Assembly (NCBI GenBank): GCA_965207065.1
Contig: OZ242260.1
Location: forward strand, 1,056,001 to 1,120,000
DNA: 64,000 nucleotides
Origin: a bacterium
Lineage (GTDB): Bacteria > UBA8248
Reading direction: 5' to 3'
A program made the translations under genes and the position numbers. Of the stretch, positions 18,553 through 27,231 are shown piece after piece. The first letter of the stretch is position 1. The number at the start of each line of letters is the position of its first letter. The notes beneath the pieces were generated by a model. It was not told the DNA's origin and made no database searches. It saw only the letters and a list, made by a program, of their open reading frames with translations.

Positions 18553-19353
18553 TCACCAGGGATGGTCCCGCTCGATGAGCGTTCCCGGCTCCCCGGCGCT
18601 CTCGAGCAACTCGATCATATCATACAGCACGGCCCGCTGCTGTTCAATATTTCCCGCTCGTCCGAAGGGATGCCCCAGCGGCCAGGGCACGAACACCGCC
18701 CGCGGCGGACAAAGCTCCGCCGTTATCTCCTTGACGATGCTCACCGAGACGGTTGCGATGCCCTCCCGTTCCACCGCGTTCTGTATCAGCCCGACCGAGC
18801 GGTTGCACAGCCCTCACGCGGGCGCGAGCAGCGCGACCTCCGCCCCCGCCTCGCGCAGCCGCCGCGCCGCGGCCGGCGCCGTCTCCTCCACGAGCCGCTC
18901 CACGAGTTCCGCATCGATGTGGCCCATGAAGCTCAGATGAACCGGCGAGACCCCGCCTATCGCCCCCTCCGCCGCCATCTCGGCCAGCCGCTCGTGCGGG
19001 AAGACGACGTTCAGGTCCGCATCCGCCCCCCGGTGGTCGTAGTAATCGTGCGTTATCGTCATCTCATCGCGCGCGGCGTCGCCCGGAATCTCGCGGAACG
19101 TCGGGTCGCCGTCGGGGTTTTCCATGTCGAAGGGGGTCTGCGTCTTCAAGTGCACACCGCCCGTCGTCACCAGCGCGACTTTGCATTCACTCACGGGCCT
19201 CGCCAGCGGCGTCCAGGGCGTGAACGAAGGCCCCGCGCGCCAGCCGGCCATCTCGGCGGAGAAATCCTTCGCCCCCGCCCATTTCTTCACCAGACCCGGA
19301 TAGCGCGTCAGCAGACGCGCCACCATCCTGTCCTTCCACCTGCGCAAGCTCAT
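18553..19353 (-). CDS. PrdB/GrdB-related selenoprotein (selenoprotein B family), 266 aa, Sec codon at 18814-18816
   Basis: ORFs 18814-19398 and 18553-18774 are in frame, separated only by TGA in ALLAPA-U-GLCNRSVGLIQNAVEREGIATVS; VALVTTGGVH, DLNVVFP and PPRAVFVPWPLGHPFG family motifs. Confidence 0.88.
18781..18810 (-). promoter_or_regulatory. Candidate bacterial SECIS element
   Basis: Just 3' of the UGA: CUGUG-CA-ACC-GCUC-[GGUC]-GGGC-UG-A-UACAG hairpin; G-led loop begins 17 nt after the UGA. Confidence 0.65.
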
Positions 19354-19357
19354 CAAT

Positions 19358-19449
19358 GTTTCCTGTCGATTGTGAGATCGTTGTTCGGCGGCGGCCATCC
19401 CGTGAACCAGCGCAGAACTCTATCGCAACGAAGCCCCGTATGCACCCGG
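19358..19449 (+). repeat. 92-bp direct repeat, copy 1
   Basis: Ungapped match to 23883-23974, 11 mismatches by manual alignment. Confidence 0.9.
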
Positions 19450-19488
19450 AGGTGGGAATGTCGGCGATTTCGAATGGCTTCCTTTTCT

Positions 19489-19532
19489 GTAGGGACAGGC
19501 CCCCGTGCCTGTCCGGGGCCGCGACCTGTCCT
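19489..19532. repeat. GTAG-type REP, composite or degenerate
   Basis: GTAGGGACAGGCCCCCGTGCCTGTCC followed by GCGACCTGTCCT. Confidence 0.7.
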
Positions 19533-19830
19533 TAAGAGGCGGTTCGGTCTTGTCGTCATTCCGGCGTCGGACCCGAGCAAGGCGGGAGGGTTTGGCGGAA
19601 TCCTGGGAATTTGTCAATCACTTGGCAATCCTTGAAATGAAGTCGTTCCTGTTTGTAGGTGGCGCTCCCTCCTCGGGGGTGTCACACGCGAAAGCGCATA
19701 AGAATGAAATACTTTGGTTCGAAGGTGAAAACATTGACCGGATACTCGAGGGATAAGGACCAATTCTAATCCTTGGTGAATCCATAGCTGAAGCCGCCAC
19801 CCGCCCCGTTGCCCTCGGGTTTTCCTCACC

Positions 19831-19864
19831 TTGACGCCAGCTAATTATATAGTCTACAATAGAC
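19831..19864 (+). promoter_or_regulatory. Toxin-antitoxin promoter with palindromic operator
   Basis: TTGACG-N18-TACAAT; GTCTA-CAA-TAGAC palindrome overlaps the -10. Confidence 0.55.
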
Positions 19865-19888
19865 CATCTTTCCTCTTTTGAGGGAGCC

Positions 19889-20173
19889 ATGGCCGAACAA
19901 CATCCCAAACCCCGCCGAGTCTGGACGGTCGCCGAGGCCAAGGCGCGCCTGTCCGAAGTGTTGCGCCGCGCCGAGGAGGAAGGGCCGCAGCATATCGGCA
20001 CGAGGCGGCCCTTCGTGGTCGTGCCCGCCGGGAAGTGGTACGAGAAAAGCCCGCCCCGCAAACCCATGGGCCAGTGGCTGGTCGAGAACATGCCCCGAGG
20101 CGTGAACCTGGAGATTCCGGGGACGAGGAGTTCCCGGAGAGAGGTTCCCTTCGCGGGCGAAGAGGCCGAATGA
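19889..20173 (+). CDS. Phd/YefM-family antitoxin
   Basis: WTVAEAKARLSEVLRRAEEEGPQ signature; ATGA overlap with PIN gene. Confidence 0.88.
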   Translation: MAEQHPKPRRVWTVAEAKARLSEVLRRAEEEGPQHIGTRRPFVVVPAGKWYEKSPPRKPMGQWLVENMPRGVNLEIPGTRSSRREVPFAGEEAE

Positions 20174-20589
20174 GCGGGTTCCTCCTCGACACCAACGTCA
20201 TCTCGGAGTTGACGAAGGACGCGCCGCATTCGCGGGTGACGGCGTTCCTCGCCGACCGTGAAGACTTGTGGCTCTCCGCCGTCGTCCTGCACGAACTGGA
20301 CTTCGGCGTCGCGCTGCTGTCGCCCGGACGCCGCCGCCAGGGAATCCGCGCGGCGCTCTCCGCGTTCACCTCGGAATACGAGGACCGTGTGCTGCCCCTG
20401 GGCCGGCCCGAAGCCGCCCGGGCCGCTTCCCTGAGGGCGCGCGCGCATCGCGCGGGCCGCGTACTGGATATGGGGGACGCGCTCATCGCGGGGACAGCGG
20501 TGGCGCACGACCTCGCGATTGCGACGCGAAACGTCCGGGATTTCGACGGCCTCGAACTCGACGTCGTGAACCCCTGGGACGCGGCGTGA
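20170..20589 (+). CDS. vapC: VapC-type PIN domain toxin
   Basis: LLDTNVISEL, HEL, DALIAGTA and ATRNVRDF motifs. Confidence 0.92.
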   Translation: MSGFLLDTNVISELTKDAPHSRVTAFLADREDLWLSAVVLHELDFGVALLSPGRRRQGIRAALSAFTSEYEDRVLPLGRPEAARAASLRARAHRAGRVLDMGDALIAGTAVAHDLAIATRNVRDFDGLELDVVNPWDAA

Positions 20590-20646
20590 CCGCTTCACCG
20601 AATCCACAGTCGAAGCCACCGCCCTCGGCGCCGCCCCCCCTTGAGA

Positions 20647-20914
20647 GGGTTGTTGAAAAAGCCCAAGCGGGTCGGGCCAAACACTCCCCCCTTGAGAGCG
20701 AAACCCCATAAAGTCAACCCCCCCTACCCCCCCTTGTCAGGGGGGCAAGAAAAGGCAAAGCCCCCTCTACCCGGCGGGCGGACATCGCCCTTTTTACCCC
20801 CCTGACAAGGGGGGGTAGGGGGGGTTGCTTCTGACGAGGAAAGTCGGGGGTTCGTGCGGAAGCGGCCTTCCCACTAGAGGCGATGTCCCCTGACAAGGAC
20901 TTTATCAACAGCCC
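20647..20914. mobile_element. MITE-like element with internal inverted C/G-run pair
   Basis: GGGTTGTTGAAAAAG ... CTTTATCAACAGCCC ends; 31-bp inverted pair at 20715-20745 and 20797-20827. Confidence 0.75.
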
Positions 20915-21076
20915 CGGCAGGAGATGCCTTATGTTTCCCCCGCCTTCCACGGCGCCTGCATATTTCTCGTCGCGCTTACAGGGCTCCGTACCCGGCTTGG
21001 AGAACAACAACGCAACTTGATATGATCCCGAGGTTAGTTCGCGACCAATCTTGACGGGGTATAGGAGACCCAAACC

Positions 21077-22075
21077 ATGAAATTACATCTGCGCAAAACC
21101 GCTCTGGTATTCGCCATGGCTTTGCTCGGCATCGCAGGCAGCGCACATGCGGCCGACGTCACGATCGGTTATCAGCTCCTGTACGGGCCGTGGAAGGTGA
21201 ACATGAAGAAACTCAGGGCGAAGGGCCTTGGCGGCAAGAGCATCGAGTTCGTGAAATTCACTTCTGGAACCGAGGTGATCAACGCGATGGCGTCGGGTTC
21301 GGTGGACATCTCGCTCAACGGTTCCTCGCCGACGGCGGCGGGCTACAGCCGGGGCGTCGACCTCCAGGTCATCTACGTCTACGACAACATCAACGACGCC
21401 GAAGCGCTGGTCGTGGACAAATCGGTCACCGCGCCGCAGGACCTCAAGGGCAAGACGATAGCGGTGCCCTTCGGCTCCACCACCCACTTCCACATGATGT
21501 TCGCCCTGGAGCAGTTCAACATTTCTCCCCGGGCGCTCAAGGTCATCGACATGTCGCCGCCGGACATGGTCGCGGCCTGGGAGCGCGGCGACATCAACGG
21601 CGGTTTCGTGTGGGATCCGGCGCTCGGGCGCATGAAGCAGAAAGGACGCGTACTGCTTACCTCCGGCGATCTCAGCAACTGGGGCAAGGCGACCTTCGAT
21701 GCGATGGTCGCGAGCAAGAGTTTCACGAAGAAAAACCCAAAATTCGCCTGCCAGTGGGTGAAGATGGTGGCGTCGGCCGATGCGGACTATCGCGCCAACC
21801 CGGCCAATTACGGACCGGGCACCGCGAACGCGAAGGCGATCGCCGCTTCGGTGTCCGGCAACGAGGCCCAGGTCGGCGGCGTGCTGGCCCTGTACGGCTA
21901 TCCGACGCTGAAGGAGCAGATCTCGGCGGCCTGGCTCGGCGGAGGCGTGCAGAATGCGCTGAGAGCGGCCTCGGAATTCCTGAAGTCCCAGGGCAAGCTC
22001 GACAAGGCGCTCAAGAGCTACGCGGACTCGGCGACGCCGAAATTCGCGAAAATGGCGCTCGAAGGCAGCTGCTAG
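21077..22075 (+). CDS. tauA: Taurine ABC transporter substrate-binding protein
   Basis: Signal peptide; GSSPTAA, AEALVV, DLKGKTIAVPFGSTTHF and AAWERGDI motifs. Confidence 0.85.
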   Translation: MKLHLRKTALVFAMALLGIAGSAHAADVTIGYQLLYGPWKVNMKKLRAKGLGGKSIEFVKFTSGTEVINAMASGSVDISLNGSSPTAAGYSRGVDLQVIYVYDNINDAEALVVDKSVTAPQDLKGKTIAVPFGSTTHFHMMFALEQFNISPRALKVIDMSPPDMVAAWERGDINGGFVWDPALGRMKQKGRVLLTSGDLSNWGKATFDAMVASKSFTKKNPKFACQWVKMVASADADYRANPANYGPGTANAKAIAASVSGNEAQVGGVLALYGYPTLKEQISAAWLGGGVQNALRAASEFLKSQGKLDKALKSYADSATPKFAKMALEGSC

Positions 22076-22177
22076 ACGCTGCGGGACGGCGAAAATCGGC
22101 CCCGGACGCTACGAAGGCAATATGATGGGCCGGTCTGCGCGCGACCCCCGGGGCCGACCCCGGATCGGAGCAAGCCA

Positions 22178-22978
22178 ATGACCCCGGTCATCAGCCTCAA
22201 CAAAGTCGGCATGACCTTCCCCTCCCTGCAGGGGCTGGGCAGCGTCCAGGCGCTCGAAGACGTGAACCTTGAGTTCCGCGACAACGAATTCGTGGTCGCG
22301 CTCGGCGCTTCCGGCTGCGGAAAGACGACCCTCCTCAACGTCATCGCCGGTTTTCTGGCGCCCACGTCCGGTGAAATCCTGAGTAAGGGCGACCCGGTGA
22401 ACGGTCCGGGCCGGGACCGGGGCGTCGTATTCCAGAAACACGCCCTGCTGCCGTGGCTCAACGTCATCGAGAACACCGAGTTCGGCCTAAAACTCCAGGG
22501 CGTTGCCAGCGCCGACCGCAGGGCCGAAGCCCGGGAGAATCTGGCCCTGGTGGGCCTGTCGGACTTCGAAGACTACCCCATCTACCAGCTATCCGGTGGC
22601 ATGCAGCAGCGGGTGGGACTGGCGCGGGCCTTGACCTGCGATCCGGACATGCTGCTCATGGACGAACCGCTGGGCGCGCTCGACGCCTTCACGCGGGAAA
22701 ACATGCAGGAATTGATCCTCGACGTCTGGCGGAAGACGCGCAAGATCGTCTTTTTCATCACCCACAGCGTGGAGGAAGCGCTGTTCATGGCGACCCGTCT
22801 CATCGTGATGTCACCTCGGCCGGGCCGCATCACGCACGAATACGAACTTGATTTTTCTCAACGGTATTTCGACACGGGCAATGCGCGGCGGGTCAAATCA
22901 TCGCCGGATTTCATCGCCATGCGCGAAGAGATCCTCTCCATCATTTATGGTGAAGAGGTTCAAGGGCAGCCGTTATGA
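22178..22978 (+). CDS. tauB: Taurine ABC transporter ATP-binding protein
   Basis: GASGCGKTT, LSGGMQQRVGLARAL, DEPLGALDAFTRE and MSPRPGRI motifs. Confidence 0.88.
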   Translation: MTPVISLNKVGMTFPSLQGLGSVQALEDVNLEFRDNEFVVALGASGCGKTTLLNVIAGFLAPTSGEILSKGDPVNGPGRDRGVVFQKHALLPWLNVIENTEFGLKLQGVASADRRAEARENLALVGLSDFEDYPIYQLSGGMQQRVGLARALTCDPDMLLMDEPLGALDAFTRENMQELILDVWRKTRKIVFFITHSVEEALFMATRLIVMSPRPGRITHEYELDFSQRYFDTGNARRVKSSPDFIAMREEILSIIYGEEVQGQPL

Positions 22979-23868
22979 AGATCGGCATCTTCTCGCGCCG
23001 AAAATCGGAGTCCGTGGACCAGTACGGGGTGCCGGGACGGGGCAACAGCACGGCGATCAGCGTCGCAACCATCGTGCTCATCCTGGGCGGCTGGTGGGTC
23101 GCGACCCGGCTCGAACTCATCCGGCCGCTGTTCCTGCCGTCACCCGAGATGGTCATCTCGAAATTCAACAAGATAGCGTGCACGGATTACTATCTCGAGC
23201 AGTTGCTGGCTGCGTTCGGCGCCCGCGCCGAGGTGACGGCCAAGTGCTTCGGCTTCAGCGAACATGCCCTGCACGAACACATTCTCTGGAGTCTCTACCG
23301 CGTATTCGGCTCCTTTTTCCTGGCTGTGATCACCGCGGTGCCCATAGGCGTCGCCATGGGCATGAGCCGTTACGCGCGCGGCGTCTTCGACCCGCCGATC
23401 GAGTTCTACCGCCCGATTCCGCCGCTCGCATATCTCCCGCTGACCATCATCTGGTTCGGCATCGGCGAGTCCGGCAAGTTCTTTCTGATCTACCTGGCCT
23501 GCTTCGCGCCCATCGCCATCAACGCGCGCGCCGGGGTGCGCTCGGTGTCGGTCGAGCAGATTCACGCTGCATATTCGATGGGCGCGACCAGCCGGCAGGT
23601 GATCCGCCAGGTCGTGATCAAGGCGGCGCTGCCGGAAATCCTCACAGGCATGCGGGTCGCGATAGCCTTCGGCTGGACGACGCTGGTCGCGGCCGAGATG
23701 GTCGCCGCCAAGGCGGGGATAGGCGTTATGGTGCTGAACGCCGCCCGTTTCCTGGCGACCGATATCGTATTTCTCGGGATCGTGGTGATAGGCGCGGTCG
23801 CTTTTATTTTCGATCTCATCATGCGGCGCATGGAACGGGCGCTCGTTCCATGGAAAGGCAAAGTCTGA
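22975..23868 (+). CDS. tauC: Taurine ABC transporter permease
   Basis: DPPIEFYRPIPPLAYLPL and GWTTLVAAE motifs. Confidence 0.88.
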   Translation: MKIGIFSRRKSESVDQYGVPGRGNSTAISVATIVLILGGWWVATRLELIRPLFLPSPEMVISKFNKIACTDYYLEQLLAAFGARAEVTAKCFGFSEHALHEHILWSLYRVFGSFFLAVITAVPIGVAMGMSRYARGVFDPPIEFYRPIPPLAYLPLTIIWFGIGESGKFFLIYLACFAPIAINARAGVRSVSVEQIHAAYSMGATSRQVIRQVVIKAALPEILTGMRVAIAFGWTTLVAAEMVAAKAGIGVMVLNAARFLATDIVFLGIVVIGAVAFIFDLIMRRMERALVPWKGKV

Positions 23869-23882
23869 ACGTATTCCGTCGG

Positions 23883-23974
23883 GTTTCCTGTCGATTTGTA
23901 GATCGTTGTTCGGCGGCAGCCATCCCGTAAACCGGCGCAGAACTCAATCGCAACGAGGCCTCCCATGCACCCGG
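23883..23974 (+). repeat. 92-bp direct repeat, copy 2
   Basis: Matches 19358-19449. Confidence 0.9.
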
Positions 23975-24034
23975 GAATGATTATCTCACCGAGGCGGCGC
24001 AGAGAGTCGGAAAAATTTCACGCACCCCTTAAGG

Positions 24035-24050
24035 GGGCTGTTGAAAAAGG
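24035..24050. repeat. Orphan MITE end
   Basis: GGGCTGTTGAAAAAGG with no nearby partner end. Confidence 0.5.
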
Positions 24051-24180
24051 CCTGATTCGCGATTCGGCGTATGTAGCCGACCAGGGATAAAAGAAACGCC
24101 CTTTGAAGGGAGTGCATACATGTAGCTGTGAGGACGAGAAAATTCGTCCGCATTCCCTCCCCCCTCGGTCGGGTATGACT

Positions 24181-24645
24181 TCACTCACCCATACGCATTC
24201 TGTTTCTCGTCCGGGCGTCGATGGAGAGGGGGCCGCCTCCCAGGAGGAGGATGGCGACCGTGGCGAGAAGGAGGAAAAGCGAATATTCGTAGCCGCCGGC
24301 GACGGCGGCGCCGGTCGTGGGGTTCGTGACGATGCCGTGCATGAAAAAGCCCTGGTCGAAATGCACCAGCAAGGCCGCGCCCGCCATGATGGGAACGTTC
24401 ATCAAGGCGCCCATACGGGTGTAAAGCCCGATGACGAGGAGCGCCCCGCCGACCAGGTGGCCCAGCAGAACGACCCACGCGCCGACGGTGGGCAGAGGGA
24501 TTCCCATCGACGCGTTCAGGGCGGCGAGACGCTCTACGCCGACCACCAGCCAGCCGTAATAGCCATGCAGAACGTAGTACACGCCCAGAGAGACGCGAAG
24601 CAAAGCGATTCCGTATGTCTGATACGGCCTCAACCTCGGGTTCAT
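24181..24645 (-). CDS. DoxX family membrane protein
   Basis: LLRVSLG..HG, GLYTRMGA, GGYEY and GGGPLSID motifs; start at ATG 24645. Confidence 0.88.
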   Translation of the reverse strand: MNPRLRPYQTYGIALLRVSLGVYYVLHGYYGWLVVGVERLAALNASMGIPLPTVGAWVVLLGHLVGGALLVIGLYTRMGALMNVPIMAGAALLVHFDQGFFMHGIVTNPTTGAAVAGGYEYSLFLLLATVAILLLGGGPLSIDARTRNRMRMGE

Positions 24646-24851
24646 CGACTCTTCCCCGTTCGATATAAAAGGGTATTTTCGCGCAAACGCGCGGATATCG
24701 CCAGTCTTTTCTTTCATTCCAGGACGATTTGACCCGCGCGCGAAATGTGGTAGAAGCAAAACGCGGCGCGGATATGCGCCGGGCCGCTCTCATGCGGAGC
24801 AGCCGTCACCTCCGGCGTCGCCAACCAAATCATGAAAGCAGCCATCCGAAA

Positions 24852-25568
24852 ATGAGCGAAAACGAAAAAAAACTATCCTACAAGAACTTCATCATCCCGC
24901 TTGCCCTGGTCATCGTCCTGGTGCTTTTCTTCTATTCGGGTCTGGGCCGCTACCTCTCCTTCGAGGCGTTGAAGGAAAACCAGGGCGCACTCAAGGAGTG
25001 GGTGCGCGCGAACGGCGCGCTCGCCATCGTCGCCTACATGCTCGCCTACGCGGCGGTGACGATATTTTCCCTCCCCGGCGGTTTGGTGATGAGCATCACC
25101 GGCGGTTTTCTCTTCGGGACCGTCTGGGGCGCGCTCTATATCGTCGTGGGCGCAACGGTGGGGGCGACCGTTCTCTTCATCGCGGCGAAGACTTCTCTCG
25201 GCGACCCCCTGCGCGCGAAGGCCGGCCCCTGGCTCCAGAAGATGGAAGAGGGCTTTCAGGAAAACGCGCTGAGCTACCTGCTCGTCTTGCGGCTCGTGCC
25301 GATTTTTCCCTTTTTCGTGGTGAATCTGGTGCCCGCGTTCCTGGGTGTATCCCTGAGCGTCTACTTCATCGGCACGTTCCTGGGAATTATTCCCGGCTCT
25401 TTCGTCTTCGCCTCGGTGGGCGCGGGTCTCGGCAGCATTTTCGAGGCGGGGGGCGAGTTCTCCGCCAAGGGGATACTGACGCCCCAGGTCATCATCGCGC
25501 TCGTGGGGTTAGCCGTGCTCTCCCTCATCCCCGTGGTCTACAAGAAGATAAAATCGAAAGGGAGTTGA
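24852..25568 (+). CDS. TVP38/TMEM64 (DedA-like) membrane protein
   Basis: SLPGG..SITGGFLFG, LRLVPIFPFFVVN and TFLGIIPG motifs. Confidence 0.9.
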   Translation: MSENEKKLSYKNFIIPLALVIVLVLFFYSGLGRYLSFEALKENQGALKEWVRANGALAIVAYMLAYAAVTIFSLPGGLVMSITGGFLFGTVWGALYIVVGATVGATVLFIAAKTSLGDPLRAKAGPWLQKMEEGFQENALSYLLVLRLVPIFPFFVVNLVPAFLGVSLSVYFIGTFLGIIPGSFVFASVGAGLGSIFEAGGEFSAKGILTPQVIIALVGLAVLSLIPVVYKKIKSKGS

Positions 25569-25572
25569 TTCT

Positions 25573-26361
25573 TCAGCGCGGTTTCTCGGCCGTGAACAGG
25601 TACCTGTTATGCGCGAAGAAATAAGCGCCCGCCTCGCCTTGTTCCCGCAAGTCCTCCGCCCAGGCGTCCACCTCTTCCTGCGTGAGGCCGGTGCGCTCCG
25701 GCAGGACGCCCTGAAACATGCGGATGAAGTGAAAACTGAAGCACTCGGGCCCGTAGGCGGTGTCGAGCACGGGAATCGCGTGGGCGGACGCATCGACGAA
25801 GCCCGCCGCCTCGATCCTGCGTTTGAGCGTGAGCGGCAGCCTCAGATGGGCGAAACCCTCCAGCCAGCCGGCCATCACCCGCTCACAGCGCGCCGCATCC
25901 TTGCAGTGCCACGTCGTGGAGCCCCAGTCGGCGTCGCTGACCGCGAGTCGTCCGCCGGGCTTTAAGGTGCGGTGAATCTCGCGCAGGGCCGCATCCACGT
26001 CCGCCACGAACTCGAGCGTCTGCACGCTCACGCAGGCGTCGAAATCCCCGTCTTCGAACGGGAGTGATACGGCGTCGGCGATTTGAAATCCGGCCCAGGG
26101 CTTATCGGCGCAGCGCGCCCGGGCGATCCCGAGCATCACCTCACTCAGGTCGACGCCGCGCACCATACCCGTCGGGCCGACCATCTGCGCTATCTCATCG
26201 GCGAACAGGCCGGGACCGGAACCCACGTCCAGAACGCGCGCGCCGTGGTTTAGCTTCATAGCCTCAATCGTCCGCCGCCTGGCCTCCACCATGTCCCGAG
26301 TACGGTAAATCGCTTCGGCACGGCGCGAGGCGTTTTCATCGAAATCCATCGTACCGCTCAC
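25573..26361 (-). CDS. Class I SAM-dependent methyltransferase
   Basis: VLDVGSGPG, DAVSLPFEDGDFD and RTLKPGG motifs. Confidence 0.9.
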   Translation of the reverse strand: MSGTMDFDENASRRAEAIYRTRDMVEARRRTIEAMKLNHGARVLDVGSGPGLFADEIAQMVGPTGMVRGVDLSEVMLGIARARCADKPWAGFQIADAVSLPFEDGDFDACVSVQTLEFVADVDAALREIHRTLKPGGRLAVSDADWGSTTWHCKDAARCERVMAGWLEGFAHLRLPLTLKRRIEAAGFVDASAHAIPVLDTAYGPECFSFHFIRMFQGVLPERTGLTQEEVDAWAEDLREQGEAGAYFFAHNRYLFTAEKPR

Positions 26362-26423
26362 AGGCGCGCTCCTGGTGGGGATTTGTTCGGGGTTATCTTG
26401 AAAGGCCGAACTTGCCCGAGCAG

Positions 26424-26670
26424 GGGCTGTTGAAAAATTCCCGCCTCACTTGGAATAAACAACCGCCGTCATTCCGGCATCATTGCCTTTTCTGTGTAGG
26501 GGACGCATACATGCGTCCCACATGCCGGACGGGCAGGGCCGCATATCTGTAGCGCTCCCAAGAAGGGAGCGCTACCTACACGACCAATCACACCCGCTCG
26601 AGCCGATTTTCCTCCACCGCCACGTGAATACCCATACCACTCGCTTCCGAAACGGGTTTTTCAACAACTC
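26424..26670. mobile_element. MITE-like ends enclosing GTAG REPs
   Basis: GGGCTGTTGAAAAA ... TTTTTCAACAACTC; REPs at 26496-26519 and 26549-26575 (GTAGCGCTCCC-AAGAA-GGGAGCGCTAC). Confidence 0.6.
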
Positions 26671-26708
26671 CGAGCGGGAAAAGTTTGTTTGCTCCAGCCT
26701 TACAACAA

Positions 26709-26753
26709 GGGCGGTTCGCGAACCGTGAGGCGGACACTCAGATCCGCCCCTAC
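26709..26753. repeat. GTAG-type REP remnants
   Basis: GGGCGGTTCGCGAACCG and GGCGGA...TCCGCCCCTAC. Confidence 0.55.
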
Positions 26754-26766
26754 GGTATGCGAATGC

Positions 26767-27162
26767 CTACGCGTTCTTGAAATACTCTTCGTCCTCGGGC
26801 CGGGCCTTCCAGTTGGGGTTGGTGGGCCATTCCAGGTGACGCGAGAGCTTGTCGCCGCCGTAGCGTACCCGGTAGAGCAGCGTGCGCTCCGGGCCGTTGG
26901 TGTATTCATGCACCTCGCCCGGAGGATGGACGATGAAGGAGCCTGGGATCACGTCCACCTCGCCGGTGGGCGTCTTCATCCTGCCGCCGCCCTTGTAACA
27001 GAAATAAATCTCCGTCGCGTGGGGGTGGCAATGGTAGGGACTCACCTGCCCGGGCTCCCAGCAGGCCACCGTCACGTCGCCCTCCTCGAAGCGGCCGAGA
27101 ATCTTCTCCACGTGTTTTTCCTTGCTGAATTCCTTTTCCTTTTCCAGATCGAAAACGTGCAT
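26767..27162 (-). CDS. Cupin domain protein
   Basis: SPYHCHPHATE and PPGEVHEYTN motifs; AGGAG RBS. Confidence 0.88.
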   Translation of the reverse strand: MHVFDLEKEKEFSKEKHVEKILGRFEEGDVTVACWEPGQVSPYHCHPHATEIYFCYKGGGRMKTPTGEVDVIPGSFIVHPPGEVHEYTNGPERTLLYRVRYGGDKLSRHLEWPTNPNWKARPEDEEYFKNA

Positions 27163-27231
27163 CTTCTTCTCCTGTATGCGTGATTCCATCACTCCAATAA
27201 CGGGCGCGCGGACGCGGCCCCCATGAACTCC

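Noticed and set aside
20714-21073. Small ORFs with PPLPPLVRG / PPYPPLSGG motifs (also 4405 and 48475)
   Set aside because: These are translations of the C/G-run repeat element, not genes
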